This document shows, one piece after another, positions 7,760-16,371 of a stretch of 24,656 nucleotides of DNA. Source of the DNA: an uncultured Anaerolineaceae bacterium (lineage in GTDB: Bacteria; Chloroflexota; Anaerolineae; Aggregatilineales; Aggregatilineaceae); assembly GCA_964567525.1 (NCBI GenBank), contig CAZMNL010000003.1, positions 1 to 24,656 on the forward strand. Direction: 5' to 3'. The position numbers and the translations under genes are program-made. Numbering within the stretch: the first letter of the stretch is position 1; the number at the start of each line of letters is the position of its first letter. The notes under the pieces were generated by a model. That model saw only the letters and a list, made by a program, of their open reading frames with translations. It did no database searches and was not told where the DNA came from.

Positions 7760-8326
7760 ATGAGTCAGCCCTACCAGGATTATCTAAACGAAATTCTGAT
7801 CGACAGCGATACCCTTCAAGCGCGCATCCGCGAACTGGGCCAACAGATCAGCACCGATTACGCCACGTCCGAAAACCTGCAACTGGTGTGCATTCTCAAA
7901 GGCGGCGTCATGTTCCTGACCGACCTGATGCGCCATATCAGCGTCCCCCACAGTATTGATTTCATGGCTATCGCCAGTTATGGCGGCGGCATACGCGAAT
8001 CATCGGGACACGTGCGGATCGAAATGGACCTGCGCCAGGACATCGCCGGAAAACACATCTTGATCGTCGAAGACATCATCGACAGCGGGCATACCCTGCA
8101 ATATATCCTGAGCTTGCTCGAAACGCGCAAGCCCGCCAGCCTGCGCACCTGTTCACTGCTCAGCAAACCCAGCCGCCGCCAGGTGGAGATCAACATTGAC
8201 TATATCGGGTTCGAGATTCCTGATAAGTTTGTCTTTGGGTACGGGCTGGACCTCGACGAAGTTTTCCGTAACCTGCCGTTTGTCGGCGTGGTCAAGCCCG
8301 GCACATTCTTCGGGGCAGACGAATAA
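7760..8326 (+). CDS. hpt: Hypoxanthine phosphoribosyltransferase
   Basis: VCILKGGVMFLTDL, PRPP-binding ILIVEDIIDSGHTL, FVFGYGLD; GAGGA SD. Confidence 0.95.
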   Translation: MSQPYQDYLNEILIDSDTLQARIRELGQQISTDYATSENLQLVCILKGGVMFLTDLMRHISVPHSIDFMAIASYGGGIRESSGHVRIEMDLRQDIAGKHILIVEDIIDSGHTLQYILSLLETRKPASLRTCSLLSKPSRRQVEINIDYIGFEIPDKFVFGYGLDLDEVFRNLPFVGVVKPGTFFGADE

Positions 8327-8328
8327 TC

Positions 8329-9828
8329 ATGATCGCCACCTCGCCGGACCGCCCGCTACACTGGGATGCCAGCATTAACGCGCTGCGTGAAATCCTCGAC
8401 CCGCAGATCGATATCTACCTCGTCGGCGGCGCGGTGCGCGATGCCTACCTGCACCGGTCCCTGCACGATATCGATCTCGCCACGCCGGGGGATGGGCGTT
8501 CCCTGGCACGCCACATCGCCAACGCATTTGGCGGCGCATATTACGCGCTGGACCGCGCGCGCGGCGTCGGACGCGCATTGATCCCCTGGCAAGACCACCA
8601 ACTGACCGTTGATGTTGCCCAGTTTCGCGGTACGGACCTGCTCACTGATCTGCGCAAACGTGATTTTACAATCAACGCGATGGCCGTGCGGCTGACCGGC
8701 GATCTGCAAACGGTATACGATCCAACCGGCGGACTGAACGACCTCGCAGCAAAACGGCTGCGCCACTGCACCCCAAACGCGATCCCGGATGACCCGGTGC
8801 GCGGGCTGCGCGCCGTGCGCGCGAGCATGAGTTTCAACCTGACCATCGAAGCAACCACTCGCGATAGCATCAAAGCACATGCCGCCGCGCTCAGCACGAT
8901 CTCAGCCGAACGGCTGCGCGATGAGTTCTTCCAGATTCTCGAAACGGATAAACCGGCAGCCGCGCTCACGGCGCTGCATCACCTGGGGCTGCTGGCATTC
9001 ATCGCGCCGGAAGTCGCCGCGATGCAGCACGTCACCCAGCCCCCACCCCACCAGTTTGATCTGTGGCCGCACACGCTGCGCACCGTTGAATACCTCGACC
9101 TGCTGCGGCACGTGCTCAGCCCGCGCCGCCGAACCGGGCGCACCGCTAACATCCAGGCCGCCGCCGTCCTATCGACGCTGAACACATTCCGCGAACCGCT
9201 GCGCGCGCACCTGGCGCACACCTGGCCCGACGGTCGCTCACATGGCGCGCTGCTGCTGCTGGCGGCGCTGCTGCACGATGCTGGCAAACCGGCAGCGCGC
9301 ACCCTCACCGCAGAAGGACGTATTCAATTTCACCAACACGAATTACTCGGAGAAGATATCGCCGAGGAACGCGGGTATGCGCTTCGGCTGAGCAATAACG
9401 AGGTTACACGCCTGATGACGATCATCCGGCAGCACATGCGCCCGCACTGGCTGTTTACCGAGCACCCGGTATCCCGGCGGGCAATCTACCGCTTCTGGCG
9501 TGATGCCGGTCCCGCCGGGGTAGATGTGTGTCTGCTGGCGGTCGCGGACTACCTCGCTACCTACGGACCAACGCTCGATATTCTTACCTGGACCGACTAT
9601 CTGCAACACATCCGGGCGCTGCTGGCCTATTATTTCGAACACCCCGCCGAGCAGATCGCGCCGCTGGCGCTGCTCACCGGGCAGCAGTTGCTCGACGAAC
9701 TGGACCTCACCCCCGGCCCGCAGATCGGCGCGCTGCTCGAAGCGCTGCGCGAGGCGCAGGCAGCAGGCGAAGTCACCACCCAAAAAGAAGCGCTGGACTT
9801 TGTCCAACGCTTGTCTTCCAGCAGGTAA
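8329..9828 (+). CDS. cca: Class II tRNA nucleotidyltransferase with HD domain (CCA family; flexible loop deleted, possibly CC-adding)
   Basis: YLVGGAVRD...DIDLA, DLRKRDFTINAMA, DDPVRGLRAVR, SAERLRDE, HQFDLWPHTL, LLHDAGKP, C-terminal LTGQQLL...PGPQIG. Confidence 0.9.
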   Translation: MIATSPDRPLHWDASINALREILDPQIDIYLVGGAVRDAYLHRSLHDIDLATPGDGRSLARHIANAFGGAYYALDRARGVGRALIPWQDHQLTVDVAQFRGTDLLTDLRKRDFTINAMAVRLTGDLQTVYDPTGGLNDLAAKRLRHCTPNAIPDDPVRGLRAVRASMSFNLTIEATTRDSIKAHAAALSTISAERLRDEFFQILETDKPAAALTALHHLGLLAFIAPEVAAMQHVTQPPPHQFDLWPHTLRTVEYLDLLRHVLSPRRRTGRTANIQAAAVLSTLNTFREPLRAHLAHTWPDGRSHGALLLLAALLHDAGKPAARTLTAEGRIQFHQHELLGEDIAEERGYALRLSNNEVTRLMTIIRQHMRPHWLFTEHPVSRRAIYRFWRDAGPAGVDVCLLAVADYLATYGPTLDILTWTDYLQHIRALLAYYFEHPAEQIAPLALLTGQQLLDELDLTPGPQIGALLEALREAQAAGEVTTQKEALDFVQRLSSSR

Positions 9829-9847
9829 TGCGTCATCTCTTGAAAGC

Positions 9848-10459
9848 TCAGGAACCAGTTTCAGGAGTTTCCTCACTCAACTCGGCAGTTTCCGCCGATT
9901 CTTCGCCGGGCCGCTCAAAAAACCACAGCAGTGTATTACCATAGATGCGTTCGTCGTACAGAGTCAACGTCTCCAGCGTAAGCTCAACGCGCTCAGTCGG
10001 ATCGATCTGCACGATAACAGTGCCGTCAAGCTGGATATGGGCGGGGTTGGCGTCGAGCGCCAGCAAAGTCTCTTTCCACATACCTTTATACTGCGGCGGC
10101 GCGACAAACACATACTCGAACGCTTCCGGCTGCGCGCGCTGTAGATACACAAAAGCATCCGCCCGCAGCACTTCCGCGTGCTCCGCCAACCGCGTATGTG
10201 CCAGGTTTTCGCGAATCGTCTGGATCGCGTGACGGTTGTTATCAATGAACAACACGCGCCCCGCACCGCGACTCAGCGCCTCGATCCCGACACTGCCAGT
10301 CCCGGCGAACAGGTCCAGCATGGTCGTCCCGCGTATGCCCGGTCCCAGGATGTTGAACAGCGCCTCTTTCACACGATCCATAATCGGACGTGTCGCGTCG
10401 CCAGGGACCGATTTCAACTTGCGCCCTTTAGCCGTTCCCGAAATCACGCGAATAGGCAT
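9848..10459 (-). CDS. rsmD: 16S rRNA (guanine966-N2)-methyltransferase RsmD
   Basis: IRVISGTAKGRKL, RPIMDRVKEALFNIL, LDLFAGTGSVGIEALSRGA. The start overlaps the upstream stop (TGATG). Confidence 0.9.
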   Translation of the reverse strand: MPIRVISGTAKGRKLKSVPGDATRPIMDRVKEALFNILGPGIRGTTMLDLFAGTGSVGIEALSRGAGRVLFIDNNRHAIQTIRENLAHTRLAEHAEVLRADAFVYLQRAQPEAFEYVFVAPPQYKGMWKETLLALDANPAHIQLDGTVIVQIDPTERVELTLETLTLYDERIYGNTLLWFFERPGEESAETAELSEETPETGS

Positions 10460-11451
10460 CAGATGGTCGGCTCGACCACTTCGCGGACCGCGCGGATATT
10501 CGAGACTGGTGTGGTCGTCATGATCACGCAGCCCGTCGAAAGCACAAAACGCCTGCCGTTAGTCTGTTCGATAGCTTGCCGCGCCTGTGCGCGCACCTCA
10601 GCAGGCGTACCGTCATGCATCGGCGTCCAGCGTCCAATGCCGCCGCTGACGGCCCCATCGAACTTGAGCTTAGCCTCACCGAGAGTCAGCCCGGTTTCGC
10701 GGTCATGATAGTTAATCACCTGGACCGGATACTCGGCTATCAAATCAAACATCGGGGCGTCACCGTGCAGATGCAGCACGTTCAGCCACCAGTCATCCGG
10801 CAGCGCCTCAAGGATTTGCAAGTCATACGGGCGACCGAATTCGCGGTATTCAGATTCGCTCATCACTACGTGGGAAGCGTGCTGGATCGCGTAAAAGATG
10901 CCAGATACCCCACTTTTGCGCATTGCGTCAATAAAACGCAGCGTGCTCTCGGTGATCGTCGCCAGACCGGTCTTGAGGCGCTCCGGTGCAGTGCGCATGT
11001 GTTCGATCAGACGTTCTTTCCCCGCGATATTTTTAGCCTGCGCCAGCGGACTGAACACCGTCTGGATATACGGTACGTCGTCGTCCAAACCCTCTTTGAG
11101 CAGGCGCAGCACGTCAAGCTGGCGCGCCAACGCCCCCTTATCAGGGTTAAGCACCCGTAGTTCCGTCCAATCCAGAGAACGCTCGACCGCGCGCCTGGTA
11201 TATTCGCGCGTGCCTTCCAGGCTGCCCACCCAGCGATCCTGAACACCGTAATCGGTCAGGGAAAAACTGCTGGCGGGCGTGACCTTCACGAAATCAAAAT
11301 CCCAGCGCCGCTGGAAAGCAATCGTTGCCTCAGCGAGATCGGTTGCGCGCTGGTCGTCGCCCGGCCAGTGCCGCCACAGTGCCACCGGCACGCGATCTAC
11401 TTCTTCGCCCTGAATCGCACGTTCCAGGCGCGCACGTTTAGTCAACGACAT
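10459..11451 (-). CDS. Uroporphyrinogen-decarboxylase/MtaA-fold family protein (not canonical HemE), 330 aa
   Basis: GEEVDRVPVAL, TVFSPLAQA, YREFGRPYDLQIL, VLHLHG, GRRFVLSTGC match the URO-D/CIMS-like TIM barrel. Start moved to the ATG at 11451 (GGGAG SD). Confidence 0.82.
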   Translation of the reverse strand: MSLTKRARLERAIQGEEVDRVPVALWRHWPGDDQRATDLAEATIAFQRRWDFDFVKVTPASSFSLTDYGVQDRWVGSLEGTREYTRRAVERSLDWTELRVLNPDKGALARQLDVLRLLKEGLDDDVPYIQTVFSPLAQAKNIAGKERLIEHMRTAPERLKTGLATITESTLRFIDAMRKSGVSGIFYAIQHASHVVMSESEYREFGRPYDLQILEALPDDWWLNVLHLHGDAPMFDLIAEYPVQVINYHDRETGLTLGEAKLKFDGAVSGGIGRWTPMHDGTPAEVRAQARQAIEQTNGRRFVLSTGCVIMTTTPVSNIRAVREVVEPTI

Positions 11452-11479
11452 AAATTGCACCTTGCTCCCTATCGAGTCT

Positions 11480-11797
11480 TTACCCGATAAAATCGCTGAT
11501 GTACTCAAGTTGCTGTTTGATCATCCGGTTCAGCATAAAAAGCCGCCCATATTCTTCGGGCTGTTCGTCCAGCGCCGCCGTCACCAGGTCATCAGCGCGT
11601 TGAAACATCTGGCGCGCATTTTCCAGGTCGCCTGCTTTGCGATACGACAACCCCAACCCCCACAGCGCGTCTACGTGGTCCGGGGCTTCGTCCACCAGCC
11701 GCTTGAACTGTGCGATGGCCGCATCTTGATCCCCCTGGTAATGCATTTTCCACGCTTCGCCGATTTTTGCCTCGAACGCTTTTTGATCGTCGCTCAT
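11480..11797 (-). CDS. Small tetratricopeptide-repeat protein, 105 aa
   Basis: AWKMHYQGDQDAAIAQFKRLVDEAPDHVDALWGLGLSYRKAGDLENARQMFQRA fits the TPR consensus. The ATG at 11797 has GGAG 6 nt upstream. Confidence 0.85.
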   Translation of the reverse strand: MSDDQKAFEAKIGEAWKMHYQGDQDAAIAQFKRLVDEAPDHVDALWGLGLSYRKAGDLENARQMFQRADDLVTAALDEQPEEYGRLFMLNRMIKQQLEYISDFIG

Positions 11798-12004
11798 CAC
11801 AATCTCCGTTGATGCACAAGTTAAAGACTCAAAAGATAACTGTTTATTCCCTTAAAAATGCCTTAGGGCCAACAATATGTGGAACGCATTATACAAGACA
11901 GTGCCGGGTTAGCAAGGCCGCACATCTCATCCGCAAGCGCGCAGACCGCAACCATCCGGTACACTACACTATGATATACATGAACCCATAGATCGCGCTA
12001 AAAT

Positions 12005-12034
12005 TTGCATAATGATAGCTACAGGCATTATAAA
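12005..12034 (+). promoter_or_regulatory. Possible promoter of the kinase gene
   Basis: TTGCAT, 18-nt spacer, TATAAA. Confidence 0.35.
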
Positions 12035-12101
12035 AGGGAACGCTTTAATCGGAAAATAAACCACACCATGCAGCATAACGCACGCGGGGTAGCAGCACAT
12101 T

Positions 12102-13373
12102 ATGTCCAATGACGCCTTACTGAACGGACGCTATCGCCTGATGGCCCAACAGGGATCGGGCGGCATGGCGGTCATTTACAAAGCGGTTGACCTGGCATTA
12201 GGCCGTACCGTCGCAGTGAAGATTCTGCGCCCAAGCCTGACCAATGACCCGGAATTTTTGAAACGCTTTCGCCAGGAAGCACGCAATGTCGCCAATCTCT
12301 CGCATCCTAATATCGTCACTGTGCATGATGTCGGGCAGGACGGCGGCACGCATTATATCGTGATGGAATACATCGACGGTGAAGACCTCAAGCACCAGAT
12401 TCGCACCGCAGCCCCCTTCTCCATTGACCGCGCGCTGAGCATTGCGATCAAAATCTGCGCCGGAGTGGGCTATGCACACCGCGCCGGATTGGTACACGCC
12501 GATGTCAAACCGCAAAACGTACTTGTCACCGAAAACGATAACGTCAAAGTGACGGACTTCGGTATTGCCCAGGCGCTCACCGCCACCAAACCGCGCGAGC
12601 GCCAGCGCATTGTATGGGGCAGCCCGCATTACTTCTCCCCGGAACAGGCCCAGGGCGATCCACCGACTCCGGCCTCGGACGTTTACGCGATTGGCATCGT
12701 GTTGTTTGAGATGCTCACCGGGCGCTTGCCGTTTGTCGGCACCGACCAGCAAGAACTGGCATTAGCGCACATCCGCGAAACACCACCCAATGCGTCAGAC
12801 TTCAACCCCAATGTGCCGGTCCATCTGGATCGTATTCTACAGAAGGTGCTGTCGAAAGAACCCTCATCGCGCTACCGCACCGCTGAGCAGTTGGGGCGCA
12901 TCCTGGCAAGCTACCGTCGCCGGGGCCAGCTCACCACCGACCAGGTGCCCGAAGTTACCTACAATAACGCCGCTTCCGAAGCCGATATCGAGGATTCACC
13001 ACCACCCGAAGCGATTGAATCGCCAATCCCGCCACAGCAAACACCGCCCTACGCGGCCCCGCCGCAGAATGTCATCGCGCCGCCTCCCGCACCCACCTAT
13101 CCCCCTGACCCACGCGCCGAAGCGATCACCAGCGTCTATACCCAACCACCCTACAGCAGTCCGGCCACAACACCGAATATGCAGCCGGTTGGATCGAGCC
13201 AGTATACCCCCATGCCTCACCCGCCAGCTTCCATGCTGCAATCACGCTACCGGGCCGCAGAGCCACCGCAGCAGCTTGATATCGTGACCCTGGTGCTGCT
13301 GTTTATTGCTTTTATTGCCGTTGTCATGTTAATTCCCCTATGGATCATGGTCTACCAGGCATGGTTAGGGTAG
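12102..13373 (+). CDS. Hanks-type Ser/Thr protein kinase with Pro-rich linker and a single C-terminal TM helix (non-RD, no PASTA)
   Basis: GSGGMAVIY, VAVKIL, RFRQEA, HPNIVTVHD, HADVKPQN, KVTDFGIA, GSPHYFSPEQ, DVYAIG; C-terminal IVTLVLLFIAFIAVVMLIPLWIMVY. Confidence 0.95.
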   Translation: MSNDALLNGRYRLMAQQGSGGMAVIYKAVDLALGRTVAVKILRPSLTNDPEFLKRFRQEARNVANLSHPNIVTVHDVGQDGGTHYIVMEYIDGEDLKHQIRTAAPFSIDRALSIAIKICAGVGYAHRAGLVHADVKPQNVLVTENDNVKVTDFGIAQALTATKPRERQRIVWGSPHYFSPEQAQGDPPTPASDVYAIGIVLFEMLTGRLPFVGTDQQELALAHIRETPPNASDFNPNVPVHLDRILQKVLSKEPSSRYRTAEQLGRILASYRRRGQLTTDQVPEVTYNNAASEADIEDSPPPEAIESPIPPQQTPPYAAPPQNVIAPPPAPTYPPDPRAEAITSVYTQPPYSSPATTPNMQPVGSSQYTPMPHPPASMLQSRYRAAEPPQQLDIVTLVLLFIAFIAVVMLIPLWIMVYQAWLG

Positions 13374-13455
13374 CGCGCGTGTTAATGACCAGCGCACAGG
13401 CACGCCACGTATAACCGTTATGTACGGTGGCATTTCTTATATAACACTAATTCGC

Positions 13456-13488
13456 CCAGACGGTAAAACTCTGGTCTTTACCGTCTGG
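13456..13488. repeat. Perfect 12-bp inverted repeat with 9-bp spacer upstream of the ftsH promoter
   Basis: CCAGACGGTAAA (13456-13467), 9-nt spacer, TTTACCGTCTGG (13477-13488). Confidence 0.85.
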
Positions 13489-13494
13489 TTCCTG

Positions 13495-13500
13495 TATAAT
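13495..13500 (+). promoter_or_regulatory. Putative -10 element of ftsH
   Basis: Perfect TATAAT about 105 nt upstream of the start. No canonical -35; that position is occupied by the inverted repeat. Confidence 0.5.
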
Positions 13501-13604
13501 TTCGTTAGCAAGCATAAAGAAAACGCCTCGCCAGGCATGTAACAGGCTGATGGCAATTGACTTGATGTGCCATTGCGGTATTGGTATAAGGGCTGGAGGC
13601 AAGT

Positions 13605-15554
13605 GTGAATAACCGCTCACGTAACGTATTCGTATGGGTGCTGATCATCGCAGCGATTGCTGCGATTTACGTTGGAGTACGCAACAGCAGCGCCGGGACA
13701 GAAGACATCACGGCCAGTGAATTGGTAGAAGACATCAACCGGCGGCTGGTCGCTTCAATTGAAGTCTCCGACGACAATGAGCTGACAGCCATCTATCGGA
13801 ACGATGAACGGCGCAAAGCGCAGCTCAACCCCAACGCTTCAAATCCCCTGGAAGTGCTGGAATCCCTGGGCGCAGACCCGGAAATTCTACACACAGATGT
13901 AGACTTTGAATTCAAACAATCGAGCAATATCTTCAACTGGATCGGCCTGCTCGGTACATTTCTGCCGCTGCTGCTCATCGGTGGTTTCATCTACTTGATG
14001 CTGCGGCAAGCACAGGGGTCGAATAACCAGGCGCTTTCGTTTGGCAAGAGCCGGGCACGTATGTTTACCGGCGACCAGCCAACCGTCACGTTTGACGACG
14101 TGGCCGGGGCCAACGAAGCCAAAGAAGAATTACAGGAAGTGGTCGAATTCCTCAAAGACCCGGAACGCTTCATCCAGCTTGGCGCACGTATCCCTAAAGG
14201 CGTGCTGCTGGTCGGGCATCCGGGAACCGGTAAGACACTGATGGCGAAGGCCGTCAGCGGTGAGGCAGGTGTGCCCTTCTTCAGCATTTCCGGTTCAGAG
14301 TTCGTGGAAATGTTCGTCGGCGTAGGGGCCAGCCGTGTGCGTGACTTATTCGAACAGGCCAAGCGCCACAGCCCGTGCATTGTCTTCGTGGACGAGATCG
14401 ACGCGGTAGGCCGCCATCGCGGGGCCGGGCTGGGCGGCAGCCACGACGAACGCGAACAGACGTTGAACCAGATTCTCGTCGAAATGGACGGGTTCGACAC
14501 CGACACCAATGTGATCATCATCGCGGCGACCAACCGCCCCGATATTCTCGACCCGGCGTTGCTGCGTCCGGGACGCTTCGACCGCCGCGTCGTGCTGGAC
14601 CGTCCTGATATGCGCGGACGTGAAGCTATTCTGAAAGTTCACTCGCGCGGTAAACCACTGGCAACGGACGTTGACCTGAGCGTGCTCGCCAAATCTACGC
14701 CCGGTTTCGTCGGTGCAGACCTGGAAAACCTGGTCAACGAAGCGGCTATCGTCGCGGCCCGCAAGAACAAAAAGAGCATCGGCATGCGCGACTTCGAGGA
14801 AGCAGTCGAGCGCGTGGTGCTGGGGCCGGAGCGCCGCAGCCGCATTATCACCGAAGAAGAAAAACGTCTGATCGCCTACCACGAAGCCGGACACGCTGTT
14901 GTCGCGCATATGCTGCCTGGCGCGGACCCGGTCCGCAAAGTGACCATTGTTTCGCGCGGCATGGCGGGCGGCGTCACCTGGGTCATGCCGAAGAACGACT
15001 CGGCCCTGGGTACGACGCGCAAGTACCAGGACCAGATCACCTGGACACTGGGCGGGCGTGCTGCCGAAGAAATCGTTTTTGGCGATATCACCAACGGTGC
15101 ATCAAGCGACCTGGAACACGTCACGCGCATCGCGCGCACGATGATCACCCGTTGGGGCATGAGCGCCAAACTCGGCCCGCGTGTCTTCGGCCAGAAAGAA
15201 GAACTGGTCTTCCTGGGGCGCGAGATTGGCGAGCAACGCGACTACAGCGAAAGCGTCGCCGAACAGATCGACGAGGAAGTCCACGAACTGGTATCCGTAG
15301 CTTACGACCGCGCGCTAACGCTGCTGCATGAAAACCGCGACAAGCTCGACGCCGTAGCCGGACGCCTGGTAGAAATTGAAACAATTGGCCGTGACGAGTT
15401 CCTGGAACTGATGGGCGAGCCACCTTCGCACGATGATCACGACGACATCCCTGACGAACCGACCGCGTCGGCACGCGCCGACGACCTCGACGACGCACAA
15501 ACCGACAGCGATATGCCCCCCTCACCTATGGGTACAGCGCCCTCACCCGCGTGA
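13605..15554 (+). CDS. ftsH: ATP-dependent zinc metalloprotease FtsH
   Basis: Two N-terminal TM segments, Walker A GHPGTGKT, Walker [35 protein letters not shown], zinc motif HEAGH; GTG start with GGAGG SD. Confidence 0.98.
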   Translation: MNNRSRNVFVWVLIIAAIAAIYVGVRNSSAGTEDITASELVEDINRRLVASIEVSDDNELTAIYRNDERRKAQLNPNASNPLEVLESLGADPEILHTDVDFEFKQSSNIFNWIGLLGTFLPLLLIGGFIYLMLRQAQGSNNQALSFGKSRARMFTGDQPTVTFDDVAGANEAKEELQEVVEFLKDPERFIQLGARIPKGVLLVGHPGTGKTLMAKAVSGEAGVPFFSISGSEFVEMFVGVGASRVRDLFEQAKRHSPCIVFVDEIDAVGRHRGAGLGGSHDEREQTLNQILVEMDGFDTDTNVIIIAATNRPDILDPALLRPGRFDRRVVLDRPDMRGREAILKVHSRGKPLATDVDLSVLAKSTPGFVGADLENLVNEAAIVAARKNKKSIGMRDFEEAVERVVLGPERRSRIITEEEKRLIAYHEAGHAVVAHMLPGADPVRKVTIVSRGMAGGVTWVMPKNDSALGTTRKYQDQITWTLGGRAAEEIVFGDITNGASSDLEHVTRIARTMITRWGMSAKLGPRVFGQKEELVFLGREIGEQRDYSESVAEQIDEEVHELVSVAYDRALTLLHENRDKLDAVAGRLVEIETIGRDEFLELMGEPPSHDDHDDIPDEPTASARADDLDDAQTDSDMPPSPMGTAPSPA

Positions 15555-15572
15555 TGGTCCGCTGATACGTAC

Positions 15573-15603
15573 AACGCCCCGTCGTTTTGACGGGGCGTTT
15601 TTA
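15573..15603 (+). terminator. Intrinsic terminator after ftsH (may also serve the convergent HAD gene)
   Basis: AACGCCCCGTC-GTTTT-GACGGGGCGTT followed by TTTATT. Confidence 0.88.
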
Positions 15604-15641
15604 TTCCGGTTACATTGCGTGTGCTTGATGCGCACGCCGCA

Positions 15642-16337
15642 CTACTTGCCCGCGAACACCGGCCCGACCACCGCGTCAGCCGCTTCGCGCATGGCATCAT
15701 CGGGATACACCGCCACAGGGAAACCCACACCCGATAGAAACGGGATATCCGAGCCACTGTCGGCATAGGCGGCGCACGCACTGACGGCGATATCGGGCCA
15801 GTTTTCCGCCAGATAGCGTTGGGCAAAAGCCACTTTGCGCACACCGGAACACGTCTCCCCCACAATGCGCCCGGCGCACACATCGCCGTCAAACGCGACC
15901 CGCGACCCCAAACCAGCATCAGCCTCCATCAATTCGGCAAAACGGCTGACAATGCGCTCAAACATCGTCGATACCAGCACAACCGGGTGGCCCTGTGCCC
16001 GATGCATCTTGAGCAAATCCACCACATCGGCGCGCACATTCGGGACCAGCGCCGTCTGGACGATTTTCTCACACATGGCGTCCACCTGTGTCCTGTGCCA
16101 ACCGCGCATGAGCCACGCCATCAGCCGCACCCAGCGATCCCGGAACCGGGCCTGGTCCGCGAGACGCGCTTTGCTCAGCGCATAGTGCGGGAACGCCGTC
16201 CCATACAGCCACAACTTGCGCGCCGGGAGTACGTCTTGCGATTGTACCAGCGCCTTCCAGACCGGCCCGCCGGTGGTCAGTGTGCCGTCGATATCGAACA
16301 ACGCAGCCTGCACATCCGAATGATCGGTATAGGTCAC
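15642..16337 (-). CDS. HAD-superfamily (SerB-like, subfamily IB) phosphatase, 231 aa
   Basis: Motif I ALFDIDGTLT, motif II VLVST, motif III K, motif IV YADSGSD. Start moved to the GTG at 16337 behind a GAGGAG SD. Confidence 0.88.
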   Translation of the reverse strand: MTYTDHSDVQAALFDIDGTLTTGGPVWKALVQSQDVLPARKLWLYGTAFPHYALSKARLADQARFRDRWVRLMAWLMRGWHRTQVDAMCEKIVQTALVPNVRADVVDLLKMHRAQGHPVVLVSTMFERIVSRFAELMEADAGLGSRVAFDGDVCAGRIVGETCSGVRKVAFAQRYLAENWPDIAVSACAAYADSGSDIPFLSGVGFPVAVYPDDAMREAADAVVGPVFAGK

Positions 16338-16371
16338 AATGAACTCCTCTTTGATTTTGGGCGATACAAGA

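Noticed and set aside
10459-11451. Calling this gene hemE
   Set aside because: The HemE RQAGR and catalytic Asp motifs are missing.
12102-13373. Calling the kinase pknB
   Set aside because: It has no PASTA repeats and has HAD instead of HRD.
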